Shown here piece by piece: positions 15,087 through 26,282 of a stretch of DNA of 64,000 nt. Origin of the DNA: Lingula anatina. Lineage: Eukaryota > Animalia > Brachiopoda. The position numbers and the translations under genes were made by a program. The notes below the pieces were generated by a model, which did no database searches, was not told the DNA's origin, and was given only the letters and a program-made list of their open reading frames with translations. The stretch spans positions 23,746,001 through 23,810,000 of the forward strand of contig CM120646.1 of assembly GCA_051362555.1 (NCBI GenBank). Reading direction: 5' to 3'. Every line of letters begins with the position of its first letter. Position 1 is the first letter of the stretch.

Positions 15087-18000
15087 CTAGGTTTTATTCA
15101 GCATGGATGCAATTTTCATATCCCTAGCTTTAAAACAATCATAAAGAAAATTAGTTGTGCATTTTGCAATATCAAAATCATTACATTGCAGTACGGTAAT
15201 AAAAAGGTCACTGATGGACTCAGGGGCTGCACTGCCCAGTATATCTTTAACCTGGTTAAGGAATATGGTTCTTTGTGGAGCATAAGAGGGGCATATCATC
15301 ATAAAATGGAACTCATCTTCAACTGACCCCATGTTGCACACCGTGCATAGCCTTTTCTCTATGGGTATTTTAGGATTCATGTGTCTCCCCTTTTCAATTG
15401 CCAAATTGTGGGCACTTATCCTGAATTTGCAAAGGAATGTAGATTTGGGTTTGTGGATTAACTGTGTGTATATTTCTCTTTTAAAATCTTTTTTGAAGGT
15501 ACTGTAGGTACGTAATTTTTTACCCTCCGTGTTCAGGGATGCTAGGTGAGCTTTAAAGGCCGAACTATAAGAGATTTGGATAAGCGGTTTTATTATGGAA
15601 GAGAGTGCGGTCATGGATATTTTAAAAGGGTCCTCCCAAATGTCAGGGCGTCCAATGAGCGCCAGTGTATTTTTAATGCCGGTTGACCAGGTTGAGGTGT
15701 TAAGTCTGTTTAAATTTTCATTTTCGTGAAGTGCATGAGTAACTAAGGAGGTGGTGTCATGGTGCTTTTTATATTGGAGGCTGTGCCAGTATTTGAGGGC
15801 CAGTGTGTAGGCAGTGGTTAGTATTGGGAAGCTGCCCAGTTCTCCGCGGACAGCATGTGAGGGAGATTTTCGGTTAACACCTAGGATAGTTTTGCAGGCC
15901 TTGAGATGTAAGGTTTCAATGGAAAGTTTGTCACAAATTAGGAAGTAGCTGTCTTTACTTGAGTTTTTGACAAAGTATGGTGCCCAAACTTCAGAGCCAT
16001 AGGTAAGAATGGGAGCTATGAGTGAGTCAAAAAGTTTCATGGAAATGGGCACTGGGCTGGTGAATAATTTATTGCGGATTTTGAAAAATGCTTTCCCCCC
16101 TTTTGATTTGAGTATTTCAAGGGATTTGGTGAAACTTCCGGATGGAGTAAAGACAAGTCCTAAATAGCAGTATTCACTACAGATTTCTAGAGGTATATCG
16201 CCAAACTTGAAAATTTGTTTCTGGATTTTGTGGCCAGATTTATTGAATATCATGACTTTTGTTTTAGTGATGTTCACTAGTAGCTTCCATTTTTTGCAGT
16301 AGGCCTGAAGTTGATTTATTGCAGTTTGTAAACCTGCACTGCTTTCCGACATAATTACTAGATCGTCTGCATATAATAGGCAATTTAATTTTTGATTATT
16401 CAGAGACACTGGGTCACATCTGTTGTTAAAAATTGAGGGCAGGTCACTTATGAAGAGATTAAAGAGGAGTGGACTGAGATTACAGCCTTGCTTAACACCA
16501 ACAGAGGACGAGAGACTATTTGTTATGCTATTTCTGCATTTGACGGCAAAACGCACAGATGAGTACATATTACGAAGGGTTCTTAGAAAGTTCCCATTGA
16601 TGCCTGCCCTTGTCAGTTTGTAGAACAGGGCGTTTCGCCACACGGTATCGAAAGCAGAGGAAAAGTCAACAAAGCAAACAAAGAGGTTGGATTTAGAGGC
16701 CCTTTTAACATATTTATCTATGAGGGTTTTTAATACTAAAATATGGTCACTGGTGCGGCTTCCTTTTTTAAAACCAATTTGATTTGGGGGTATGATATTG
16801 TGTTTTTCTACATATGTTGTGAGTCTGTTGTTCAGGATTAGGCAGAATAGTTTACAGATATTGCTAGTGACAGCAATTCCTCTATAGTTATTAGGATCTG
16901 TTTTGTCACCCTTTTTGTGTATAACTGTTAGAAAGCTTGTTCTCCAAAGTGTAGGGAATGTTCCATTTGTGAGAATGTGGTTGAAGAGAATACACAGGGG
17001 GGCTGCCAGTCTGTGAATACCCTCTTTGATCATTTCATTAGGTATGCCATCTGGGCCAGAGGATTTATTATTCTTAAGTTTTGTAGAAGCCTTTTTTATT
17101 TCATTTACAGTAAGTCGGTAGTCAAGTTCATTGAAAGTACCGTTTTTAATACCATTAAAGAATTCATTAATTAGGGATTCAAATTTGGGGTCCTCATGTT
17201 GTAGACTTCTATTCATGAGATTATTAAAATGTTCCCACCATAAGTGGGGTGGTATAGGGTTACAGTTACTTTTTTTTCATTCTCACATAGCTGGTCATAG
17301 AGGTTCCAAAATGTTTTGGGGTCAGAATTCTCGAGGGTTTCAATTTTGTGGAAAATGTGGTTACGAAAGTCGTTTCTTTTTTTATTTAGTAGTTTTGAGT
17401 ATTGTTTTTTTGCCTATTGTATTCTTGTATGAGGTGTTGATTTTGGGGATGTTTTCGAATTTGTCTACTTAGAGATTTGAGTGATTTGGATACTTCCTTG
17501 CAGTTGGTGTCAAACCATTTTTTATTCATTTTACGTTTTTTAGCTTTCTTATTATTGTTCTTTTTAGTGAAACCTGCTTTTGAGGCCAGATTAGTAAGGA
17601 GTGTATAGAAGTTGTTGGTGAGTTGGTCAATGTCCATGTCCTTATTAAGTGAATATGAAGATATGAATTTATTTATTTCTGTCTGGCTATCTGGAGTTTC
17701 TAGTGAGGCTGACCAAATTTGTTTTATGATATTTGACCATTGATAGTTGCTGGGGAGGTCATGTGTTTGGTCTTGTGGCAGACTGTGGTCGGGGTAGTGG
17801 CACATACCAGTTTTTAGTGAGCAGGAAATCATGCAGTGGATGGACAGTGGAGTTAGAGAGTGTACCCTGAAATATTCCAGGTTACACAATATAGAACTAT
17901 TACACAGTAGATAATCAATCACACTTGGGCTTCCCCTATGGCTGAAACAGGTAAAATTACCTTGAGAGTCACCTAGGACTCTTCCATTTGCAATTCTAAG

Positions 18001-18658
18001 ACCACTGCTTTGACATAATTCTAATAGACTCTTACCATGAGCATCAATTTTGTGCTGATCGAGATTTTTTCTAGTTAAAGCTGAGTCTGAGATATAATCT
18101 GAGCCCACATTAATGTGCAAGTCACTGTTATCGTGCACTATATAGTCCGGTTCAGTGCCAGTTTTCGCATTAAAATCTCCTAGTATAACACAACTACCTA
18201 AGGATGACAGTTTAACAATATCAGTTTCAATAAGTGAAAAAATATCCTCTCTAGTAGAGCTAAAGTTTGTACCTACAGGGCTAATATAAACATTACATAT
18301 ATACAGATCTTGTTCTAATCCAAAGAAATGTTTACAAAGTTTGAACCACATAAATTCAGAGCAGGTGATCTTGAGGAAGGTTACTCCTTGTAGAAGTTCA
18401 TTTTTAATGCCAACAGCTAGACCCCCTGATGCTTTTGGGGACTTGGGGGACCTGGGCCTAAGATTGCACTCGATGTGATATCCCGCAAAAAGTAGATTGT
18501 CAGTATTTTCGCAATGAGTCTCTGACAGGCAAAAAATATCGACTGACTGGAGTAAAGAGTAACACTCCTCAAAATCAAACTTGGAGGTTCTTTCTTTTGT
18601 GTAGACCATCAATATTCCATGAACCGATGCGCAGATTCGACTGACTGAAGGATGGCAT
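15087..18658 (-). pseudogene. LINE ORF2: APE endonuclease + reverse transcriptase + C-terminal Cys/His finger (3 frameshifts)
   Basis: ATG at 18658 gives MPSFSQSNLRIGSWNIDGL. Motifs: CLSETH, GDFNA, VIDY, GVKQGCNLSPLLF, LYADD, KLRTY..FK, RLCTVC..EDEFHF..C. Frame changes near 18600, 17405-17411 and 17270-17277. Confidence 0.92.
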
Positions 18659-19001
18659 TTACAATATGATGGAGATGGGGATCGGAGAATACAAAGGGCT
18701 ATATATAAATATACTATATTTCACCAGCTAACAACATCAATACTGTATGAGCTTATAAAAAAAAAAAAAAATGAATGAGTAAAGAAAAGTATGAAAGCCT
18801 TGGAACACATAATATATAGAGAGAGAGCATATATATATACAGAACAGTTAATAGGTGAGGTGTAGCTTAATTTTGCATACATAAATATTAGTATGTAACG
18901 TACATAAACATGTTACTATACTTAGTGTTCACAGGTATGTGTAAACATACAGGCTATGTTAAACTCAGTGATTGATTTAGCACCATACTTTGGTGGGAAA
19001 A

Positions 19002-19066
<65 letters not shown>

Positions 19067-19200
19067 GATAGGTTAATAAATTAATAAAATAAGATAAAAT
19101 AAATATATAACATAAATAAATAAATAATATTTTTAACACGACCAGGCATGATCACAGCTTGAGATTATTCAAGACAATTAGCTGTGTGCATAATGTTAGT

Positions 19201-21480
19201 TCATTTATTATTCTGAGGTCGATGTGGAGTGTTCCTGGCTCTGTTGGTAAGACGTCTGGGAATGTTCAGAGAGGTCTCTATTTTGGATCTGAGGTTAGAG
19301 GCAAACAAACGCGTACCCTGGTCAGACAGGTGATATTTATCATCAGCCAAAAGGTGGCCTTGAATGTTTCCATTACGGAGAAAGTTTGAATTGTCGCAGA
19401 AATGTAGGTTGGGGGTGTTACTTTTGCTGATTTCCTGTTTGATAAGAGCATTGCAGATCTCAGTTTTGGTGTTGTGTTCAACGCTATCCCCGCGGGGTGG
19501 TCCCAATGAAATCACAACTTGGGTATGTGGGTTCTTGGTTGCTTGTGTACTGGCAAGCCTAACCATGTTGTTTGCTACATTAAACGGGTTATCATTTTTG
19601 ATGTCATTCGTGATTTGATGCAGTACTAGACAGTCAGCTTTAGCAGAGTGATGTGTGGTGAGGTAGTTGGCAGCTTCATTAATGGTGTAAGCTCTTTGAA
19701 TGGACACATTTGCTTTGGGAACCAGTCTGTTTCTGTCTAGTTTACCAGTGTGAGAGTTTCCTAGTATGAGGACTGAAGGTTTCTGCTGGTGAGCGGCAGT
19801 AGTCACTTGTGTAGCCACTGGTGTCCTTGGATGGCTGTGCCCGATGGTGGGGGTCAAGGGAGATGGTGTGGGTTCAGATGAGGAGGCACCGTGTTTTCCT
19901 GGGGTTGTTGGTGGTGTTGATGTTGGGCTTGATGTACAGGCAGCCACTGCTTCTGCGTAGTTGCGGGGCCTCTCTTTTGAGTTCACATTAGTTGGTGGGG
20001 TGGACAATTCTTGAAGTCTTTTCTGGACTTGATCAATTTTCTTATGTGCATCTACTAAGCTATTCGTGTTGCACTGGGCCTCAATTAGATTTTCAAGCTT
20101 GTGCTGTGATTGAAGCAGCTTATCTTGTGAGACAGACAGTTTATCCTGTATTTCGTCTAGCTTTTCCAACTTCATTAGGGCATCATTAGCTTTGACTTTG
20201 CTGAGATCTACAGCTTTCCATAACTCAGTAACCTTAGTGAGAATGTCAGATTTCTCATTCTGCCATTTCACATGTCTGTCTTTGGCTGTTTGCTCCGTTT
20301 CTGTGCGTAATTTGTGAATTTTATCCAGGATGGGTTTTAGGTCAGTGTCTGGTTTGGAGGCTTTTTCCGTGTGTTGTCTCAGCTCAGCTGCCAGTCTTTT
20401 GTTTTCCTTTGTGAGATGGTCAATTTCCTTATGGAGTTTTGCGTTCTCACTCTGTGTGAGGTCAAGATCTTTCTTAATGAGTGCAACTTTGAGATCATAA
20501 TTTTCTTTCATGGAGTAGTGCAGTTTTTCCACTAGTTTGGTTTCCAATTCTCGAATAGAGCTGAGGCAGTTTGCATGTTCATTTTCCAGGTAGGGTTTTG
20601 TCTCACTGGTGGCTTGGCAGGATTTTTCATGAGTTCTAGGTTTTGGCTCATGTATTGTTTGTGATGATGTCTCATTGGTTGAGAAGAGATTAGCAGTTTG
20701 CGTGGATCCATCCCGTAGAACTTTGGGTGTCACAATCTCTGTTTGACAATGGGCATGAGTTGTAACAGAGGAGGATATGACCGTTGACTGTGTTGCTATG
20801 TGCGCATAATTAAGCTTCCTGCTGTCCACTGTTGGCTGTGGGTGTTGACAAGTGCTAGGTGAAGCCAATGTTTGTGTAGCCATATTGATCTTGTTACTTC
20901 TATCCTGTTTGTTTGCACTAAGGGCTTTAACAATCTCAATGTCAACTTTAACACAACAGATGCAAGTGAATTTCCTTGTTGATTGCGTGAGAATAGATAA
21001 TTGGTATGCTGGTAGTTCAGTGCATTTATAGTGTAACCACAGTTTACAGTCATTGCATTGTATCATGTGTTCATCTTCTCGATTGCAAAGAGAGCAAGGG
21101 TTAGGTATTTCCATAACATCATTAATAGGGTCTGCTTCCCCTTCATCTAAAAAGGAGTGTACCTGATCCGGTCTGCTTAGGGTGACCAAGTCATCGTAGG
21201 TCTGATCTATGGGATTAGAGCTCCCCTCAAGTGCTGACAGGGTACATAAAGTAGGACTGTATTCATGGAGGCTAATGTTGGTATCTTCGTCCACAAAAAC
21301 ACGACCGTTGGAAATCCCGTACGAGTCCAGAAATAGTGCTGCATCCTGTAGTGAATTAAAGCTTTTATGGCAGGCCCCGGCGAATTTGTTTGTACTTTGT
21401 TGCGCCATTGACCATTGCAGGAAGATTCCTATGTTTCTACCAGCCGCTACAGCATAGAATCTTTTATTTTCTGACGGGAT
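19201..21480 (-). CDS. LINE ORF1: RNase H1 N-terminal-like hybrid-binding domain, PHD finger, TQT repeats, coiled coil, SGNH/esterase-like domain
   Basis: The open frame extends upstream of the annotated ATG: RFYAVAAGRNIGIFLQWSMAQQSTNKFAGACHKSFNSLQDAALFL. PHD: CSLC..IQCNDC..WLHYKC..FTCICC. SGNH-like: VLILGNSH...DKYHLS. Confidence 0.85.
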   Translation of the reverse strand: MPSENKRFYAVAAGRNIGIFLQWSMAQQSTNKFAGACHKSFNSLQDAALFLDSYGISNGRVFVDEDTNISLHEYSPTLCTLSALEGSSNPIDQTYDDLVTLSRPDQVHSFLDEGEADPINDVMEIPNPCSLCNREDEHMIQCNDCKLWLHYKCTELPAYQLSILTQSTRKFTCICCVKVDIEIVKALSANKQDRSNKINMATQTLASPSTCQHPQPTVDSRKLNYAHIATQSTVISSSVTTHAHCQTEIVTPKVLRDGSTQTANLFSTNETSSQTIHEPKPRTHEKSCQATSETKPYLENEHANCLSSIRELETKLVEKLHYSMKENYDLKVALIKKDLDLTQSENAKLHKEIDHLTKENKRLAAELRQHTEKASKPDTDLKPILDKIHKLRTETEQTAKDRHVKWQNEKSDILTKVTELWKAVDLSKVKANDALMKLEKLDEIQDKLSVSQDKLLQSQHKLENLIEAQCNTNSLVDAHKKIDQVQKRLQELSTPPTNVNSKERPRNYAEAVAACTSSPTSTPPTTPGKHGASSSEPTPSPLTPTIGHSHPRTPVATQVTTAAHQQKPSVLILGNSHTGKLDRNRLVPKANVSIQRAYTINEAANYLTTHHSAKADCLVLHQITNDIKNDNPFNVANNMVRLASTQATKNPHTQVVISLGPPRGDSVEHNTKTEICNALIKQEISKSNTPNLHFCDNSNFLRNGNIQGHLLADDKYHLSDQGTRLFASNLRSKIETSLNIPRRLTNRARNTPHRPQNNK

Positions 21481-21805
21481 TATAAACAGCGAAGGTCGTC
21501 TCAGAGTTCAAACAAAGACCAAGATGGCGTAGTAGCCTAATGGCCGAAAGCACTTGTGATAGACGGGTAACAAACACGTCAAATATTACATTCGCATGTC
21601 GCGTAAACACAAAACTGTTTGTACTCACATAGTCCAGTGGGTCTATTATACCATATAATCGCTTCGATTCTCCTTTCCCTCTCCTTAATATTTGATTTAG
21701 AAATACATTTACAGTGAGGAATGGGAAGAGATGATAAAGGCAGTAGATAGTAGTAAAAAACTTAGAACATATGTAGGCTTCAAAAACAGATTCTCATGTG
21801 AGAAT

Positions 21806-22789
21806 AGAGGTTGTCCGGGTTCTCAACGAGAAGACCACATTTCCCCGTGATTTTACGAGATCTGCCTTGAGGTGGGGTTAAAATATGGAGACCACAAGGA
21901 AGTAGAGCAGCGATTTCTTTACTTGAAAAATAGCTGAACTTCCAAAATTTTTGAGCTACAGGCTTGTTCTTTTTTCACTTTATAAAGAAAAAGTATTGAT
22001 ATAATATGTACGTACAACTGACGTGAGATTCATTTGCAACCTTTTTGTCACTTTATGGGAGTGGCATGACTGTTTTGCTTTCAATGAGATCAATGTTGAA
22101 AGTAGGTCCATGTACATTCTACAAGCATTGGACATTTGTAAGTAAAATAATCCAGTGCTGTCAAGGGCTTAATTGCTTCATTTTCAGGTTATCATAATTA
22201 CTAAATTTAAATTTTGAACAACAAAAGCTTCATAACTGCAACTTATTTTTCTTTATAAATGTTTTACTATTAAACTTTATTTTTAAAGAAGTAAAATAAA
22301 ATCATTTGACATTTCATTTACTGATGGATTGCATATCAGAACATTAGACTTGCCTGCATCTTTGTTTTAATTTCACTAAATTTATAGTAACTAGTTCAAA
22401 AAGCTCAAATTTGATCATAAAGTTAATTTTCTTCATTTATTTACTTATGAAAATGATGCTATAGAACTAGTGGATATCATTCACAAAATGTAAGTTTTAT
22501 TGTGATCAGATCTGACTTAAATCTGACAGGAAAGATGGCAGAAGAAAGTATTAAAATGGACAACATATAAGTTGAAATGTTCACAGAATCATTGCATTTT
22601 ATTGACAGTTATACACAAATACAACAAATAAACACAACATCAAAGGCGAACTTGTATTTGTGATCCGAGTAAATGATATGAAAAACAGGTGTCATATAGT
22701 TATTAAAAAAGTCACTACAGTAACATAAAAATGATACTAGCAAGAAAAATTATTTTCTTCATTAAATTACTAGTGCAGTACAATACATA

Positions 22790-22849
<60 letters not shown>

Positions 22850-24094
22850 AAATATTTCATTTTAAAGTAATAAAGAAAATGCCTGATACTGTAAGTGACA
22901 CCCAGGCAAAAATGCCATCTGTTGATTCCTGATATAATTTTAGTCAACAACATAATAATTAAGGACATAAGAGATTAATATACACTGAGCAATCTTCAAC
23001 ATCTGATTATCCTGACCACATGATTCTCACAGTTCTTGCCTGGTTCAATAACATGTGCTGTGTCTGTCATGCTCTAAAATAAAAAATAATTAACTCACTT
23101 ATTTTTCTGAAATATATATCATTATGTGATAAACGTTGTTGTACAATACCAACTCTAATTTCTATCTTACTTGCAATTATCATAACTGACCACCTGGCAT
23201 GGAATGTTACAAACGCAACTGAACATTGTGTATACTTTTAAGATTAAAATAGGTGTGGAAGGTTCACCAGTATTTCATAATCAGGTACACGTTATATGGA
23301 GACAGGAATGGTATAAGCAAATTTGTCTGATATAGTTACCAGGCCCGTAGCCGGGGGGGGGGGGGGGGGGGGGGGGACCTTTTTTGCTGGGAAAAGATCC
23401 ACTCTGGGTACAATTTGACCTATGTACTTGAGGATTTTATGGTAAAAGGTCCACTTTTTCAGAAAACGACCCCCCCCTCTAAAATTGCTGGCTACGGGCC
23501 TGGTTACCGTAAAAGACTATTAATCACAAGTACTAGGGCTGTATTACGTTAATAAACCACGGTGTCCTGTAAACTACACACACAAAACTTACTTATTAAT
23601 ATGTCCCTCGACCGTTGATGATAGGTCTATACGGTGATGCCATGAAGCCAGTGACGTGTCGGGTGCTAGTTGTCTGCAGTTGGTCCCTTTCTTCCTAAAA
23701 AATACTGCGACCTGATCTGTACTTTAAATATGTCGGCACTTAGTCCTTTTAATCTGTTCAAGCCCAACTACTTCCCCTTTTTTACTTCACTTCTCTCGCC
23801 AGTCGTGTCTGTCATCCATGGTCATTTTCCTGGTTTTCTCGGTTAGGTTTTACTGCAATGCACCCTATGACACAACATTAGCAATTCGCCATTGCGTTGC
23901 TCTATCTCAAATTACATGACAACGCCAAATTTTACTCAATGCAATCCTATAACATAAGACTTGTGCACAACCGCGAGAGAAGTTTCAATGGCAGATTTTA
24001 ACCCCACCTCTCGTGAAATCTCGCTCCAATCCAGGTCTCGTTTGACGTCATCTGCTGCGCAGATGTTCAAAAAAGGCTATCTCGGATGTTCCCT
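21806..24094 (-). mobile_element. ISL2EU-like (PHIS) DNA transposon relic
   Basis: AT TSD whose removal restores the LINE codons GAG AAT TAC. AG...CT termini with degenerate TIR. THAP remnant MANC*CCVIGC ... IRSQYFLGRKGPTADN*HPT at ~23892-23656. Confidence 0.6.
23340..23502. mobile_element. hAT5-like MITE
   Basis: TIR CAGGCCCGTAGCC / GGCTACGGGCCTG and 5-bp TSD GTTAC. Confidence 0.8.
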
Positions 24095-24717
24095 ATTACA
24101 CTACTATTATGAATAAGTGTCTAAGAGCCACCTTCTGTAAAATAAGATTAAGTGCACATACCCTACAGGTGGAGCGGGGGAGATTTACCCGACCTAAGAC
24201 ACCGCTGGAGCAGAGGTTATGTAAATTGTGCGATCTTCAGAGAATAGAAGATGAATTTCATCTAGTTAGGGAATGCCCAGTATATACAGAGCAGCGGAAC
24301 CTAATGAGTCTTTTGTATCATTTGAAGAGTCTTTTGTATCATTTGAAGGGTTTAGTGAAAAAGAAATATTCAACTTTCTAATGGGGTCTGTTGAGATGGA
24401 CATTATATATGTTGTAGTACAATATTTAGGTAGCTGTTTAAAACTTAGGGATAAGTTGCTCACTATCCAGAACACTAGTTAACATAATCCCTGTGTGTCA
24501 TTAGCAAAGTCGGGATGGATGGATAGTATGGGTTAACGAAATGCTACACACAAAAAAACTACTGTAGCTGGATATATAACCTATATAATTATTTATTTAT
24601 TTCTCATTGTAATTGTGCGTCATTATTGCTAGTAGTGTTATGGTGCCTTGTTATAGTTGGATGTCGGTCAGTAAAATATCCATTCTTAGGTGTAAGTTTA
24701 ATTCGTATGTTCCATGT

Positions 24718-24766
<49 letters not shown>

Positions 24767-26282
24767 TATTATATCTAGTATTGTATTTCTGTGACCATTT
24801 TATATTTGCTTGTACGCTATCGATGATCTGTACCTTGTATGTTAAGGTTCTTTATGATCAATAAACATTCCATTCCATTCCATTTCTAGAGAGCGTTTAA
24901 AATTTCCTCCTTACTGCTCGCGCATGCGCAACAGGCGACACCTTGCGGAGCAAGCGTGCGTAATCCAGGGTGCAACTGAAAATAACCTTGTCGCGCGACC
25001 TTAATAAGTGTGACGGGGGTATAATGCACAAAAGAAGTTGAAAGTCTGTCACTTATTGAATCGACAAAAGAAGAAAATATATTGTCAGTAGTTTGGAAGA
25101 CGACCAGGTAAGGTGAGTAATGAAATCTAGCGGCAGCTCTGGGTTGACACGGGTGTCAACTCAGACTCATAATGGAAGCCAGTAAACACTAGTCAATGTA
25201 CTAGAGAAAAAATCTGACCAGCTACGTGAGTACGTGCTTTGTGTTAGCTTGTGTTTCTTGTATTTTACTTGGTCGACTTTATTGTGATTCCATACTAAAG
25301 AATTTGGTGTGCATGGTTTAACGTTTGTATATTTATACAAGCAATAATAAGTTCTTCCTTTTCATGTCTTGCCAGCGAAGAACTTTTGAATTGGTAAATG
25401 TCAAATAAATTTGATTTGTAGTGGCATTGATGGAGCTTCCTGGGTAAAAATGTGGTGCCATGGCCTGTAGCGTGTTGGCAAACTATATAGTTATATGTGA
25501 AGAAATCTCGCAGTAAAAAACATAACAGTTGTGGATTCGCACCTGATATCGGAAAGAAAGAATAATACGAATATTTGGGCCCATAAAAATCTCGGCAGTC
25601 CGGTTTGTCTCTCTATCATTTCGGTTAATCGTATATAAAGGGAATGTTTCTTCAGTATGGAATCACAATAAAGTGGACCATGTAAAATACAATGAACACA
25701 AGCTAACGCAAAGCGAGAATTGCAACTCAAATGATGCAATAATCAGAAAGAAACTATTAATTTTGAAGGACTTTTTATGAATGGAAAGGAATTTTTTTAA
25801 GTTGAGGTACATGTATTTTGTTATTTTCTGTTCTATCTATCCGACAGAAAACAACTTTTTAACCTGACCTTTAAACGATTCATCATATTTATTCATCGTT
25901 TTATAATGACATATAGAAACACTAAACAAATTTTTTTTCATACTTATGTAACAGATAGACCTAATCATTAAATGAAAATGGACAATAAGCATAGGCAAAA
26001 TAAGACTCTGACAGCGCTATGTGTGCTTAGGTTGAAATCTGTTACAATCACTTCCCATTGAGTTGCGACACAGAATTTCAGAATTCCCAGATAAAGCAAA
26101 ATATACACTGACGCAACAGATGAACGGCAGATTAAATTATTTGTGTATCAATTATTTCAGTATCAAAGCTTAGTTTTCACAAGTAATTAAACCAGCATTT
26201 AAGGTAGTATTATTACGCTTTCTTGCTATATCCACTTAATGATATCCATGGTCAGCTTAATAATAAATCTACTCAGAGTTAA

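Larger units (their letters stand above)
14811..21690 (-). mobile_element. Near full-length non-LTR retrotransposon (RTE-X-like), two ORFs
   Basis: ORF1 plus APE-RT ORF2. 3' end AATAAACTTCTGATCTGATCTG (tandem TCTGA tail) at 14811-14832. 5' boundary approximate. Confidence 0.9.
21700..24885 (+). mobile_element. 5'-truncated RTE-X-like LINE (3' end only), split by a DNA transposon
   Basis: KLRTYVGFKNRFSCEN (to 21805) + YTTIMNKCLRATFCKIRLSAH..RLCKLC..EDEFHL (from 24097) aligns without gaps to the ORF2 C-terminus of the minus-strand LINE. Tail AATAAA(CATTC)n. 21-bp internal tandem duplication at ~24306-24348. Confidence 0.85.
12271..25002. mobile_element. PHIS-group (Pangu-like) DNA transposon C with SAP and THAP remnants
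   Basis: AAT TSD (12268-70, 25003-05); removing it restores A's end TTCCAATAAGTGTGACG. Degenerate TIR AACCTTGCGCG / CGCGCGACCTT. Remnants: LTEDDVPGAKL...KRWLAC..KRAALIARV (SAP-like, frameshifted, 12378-12537) and LVPEAVPQVFNW (THAP AVP box, ~13310-13348). Confidence 0.6.
10321..25021. mobile_element. PIF/Harbinger-like element A (outer shell, right end split by later insertions)
   Basis: Perfect 15-bp TIR TACCCCCGTCACACT (10321) / AGTGTGACGGGGGTA (25007-25021), TAA TSD on both sides. Body = 10321-10639 + 11908-12270 + 25003-25021. 12170-12270 is homologous (reverse complement) to the end of element B. Confidence 0.7.

Noticed and set aside
16423-21457. Plus-strand short ORFs over the LINE
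   Set aside because: Antisense shadows of ORF1 and ORF2.
25085-25120. Strong donor CCAG|GTAAGG as a 5' UTR exon of the caspase
   Set aside because: Plausible because an acceptor precedes the caspase ATG, but it cannot be linked without transcript data.
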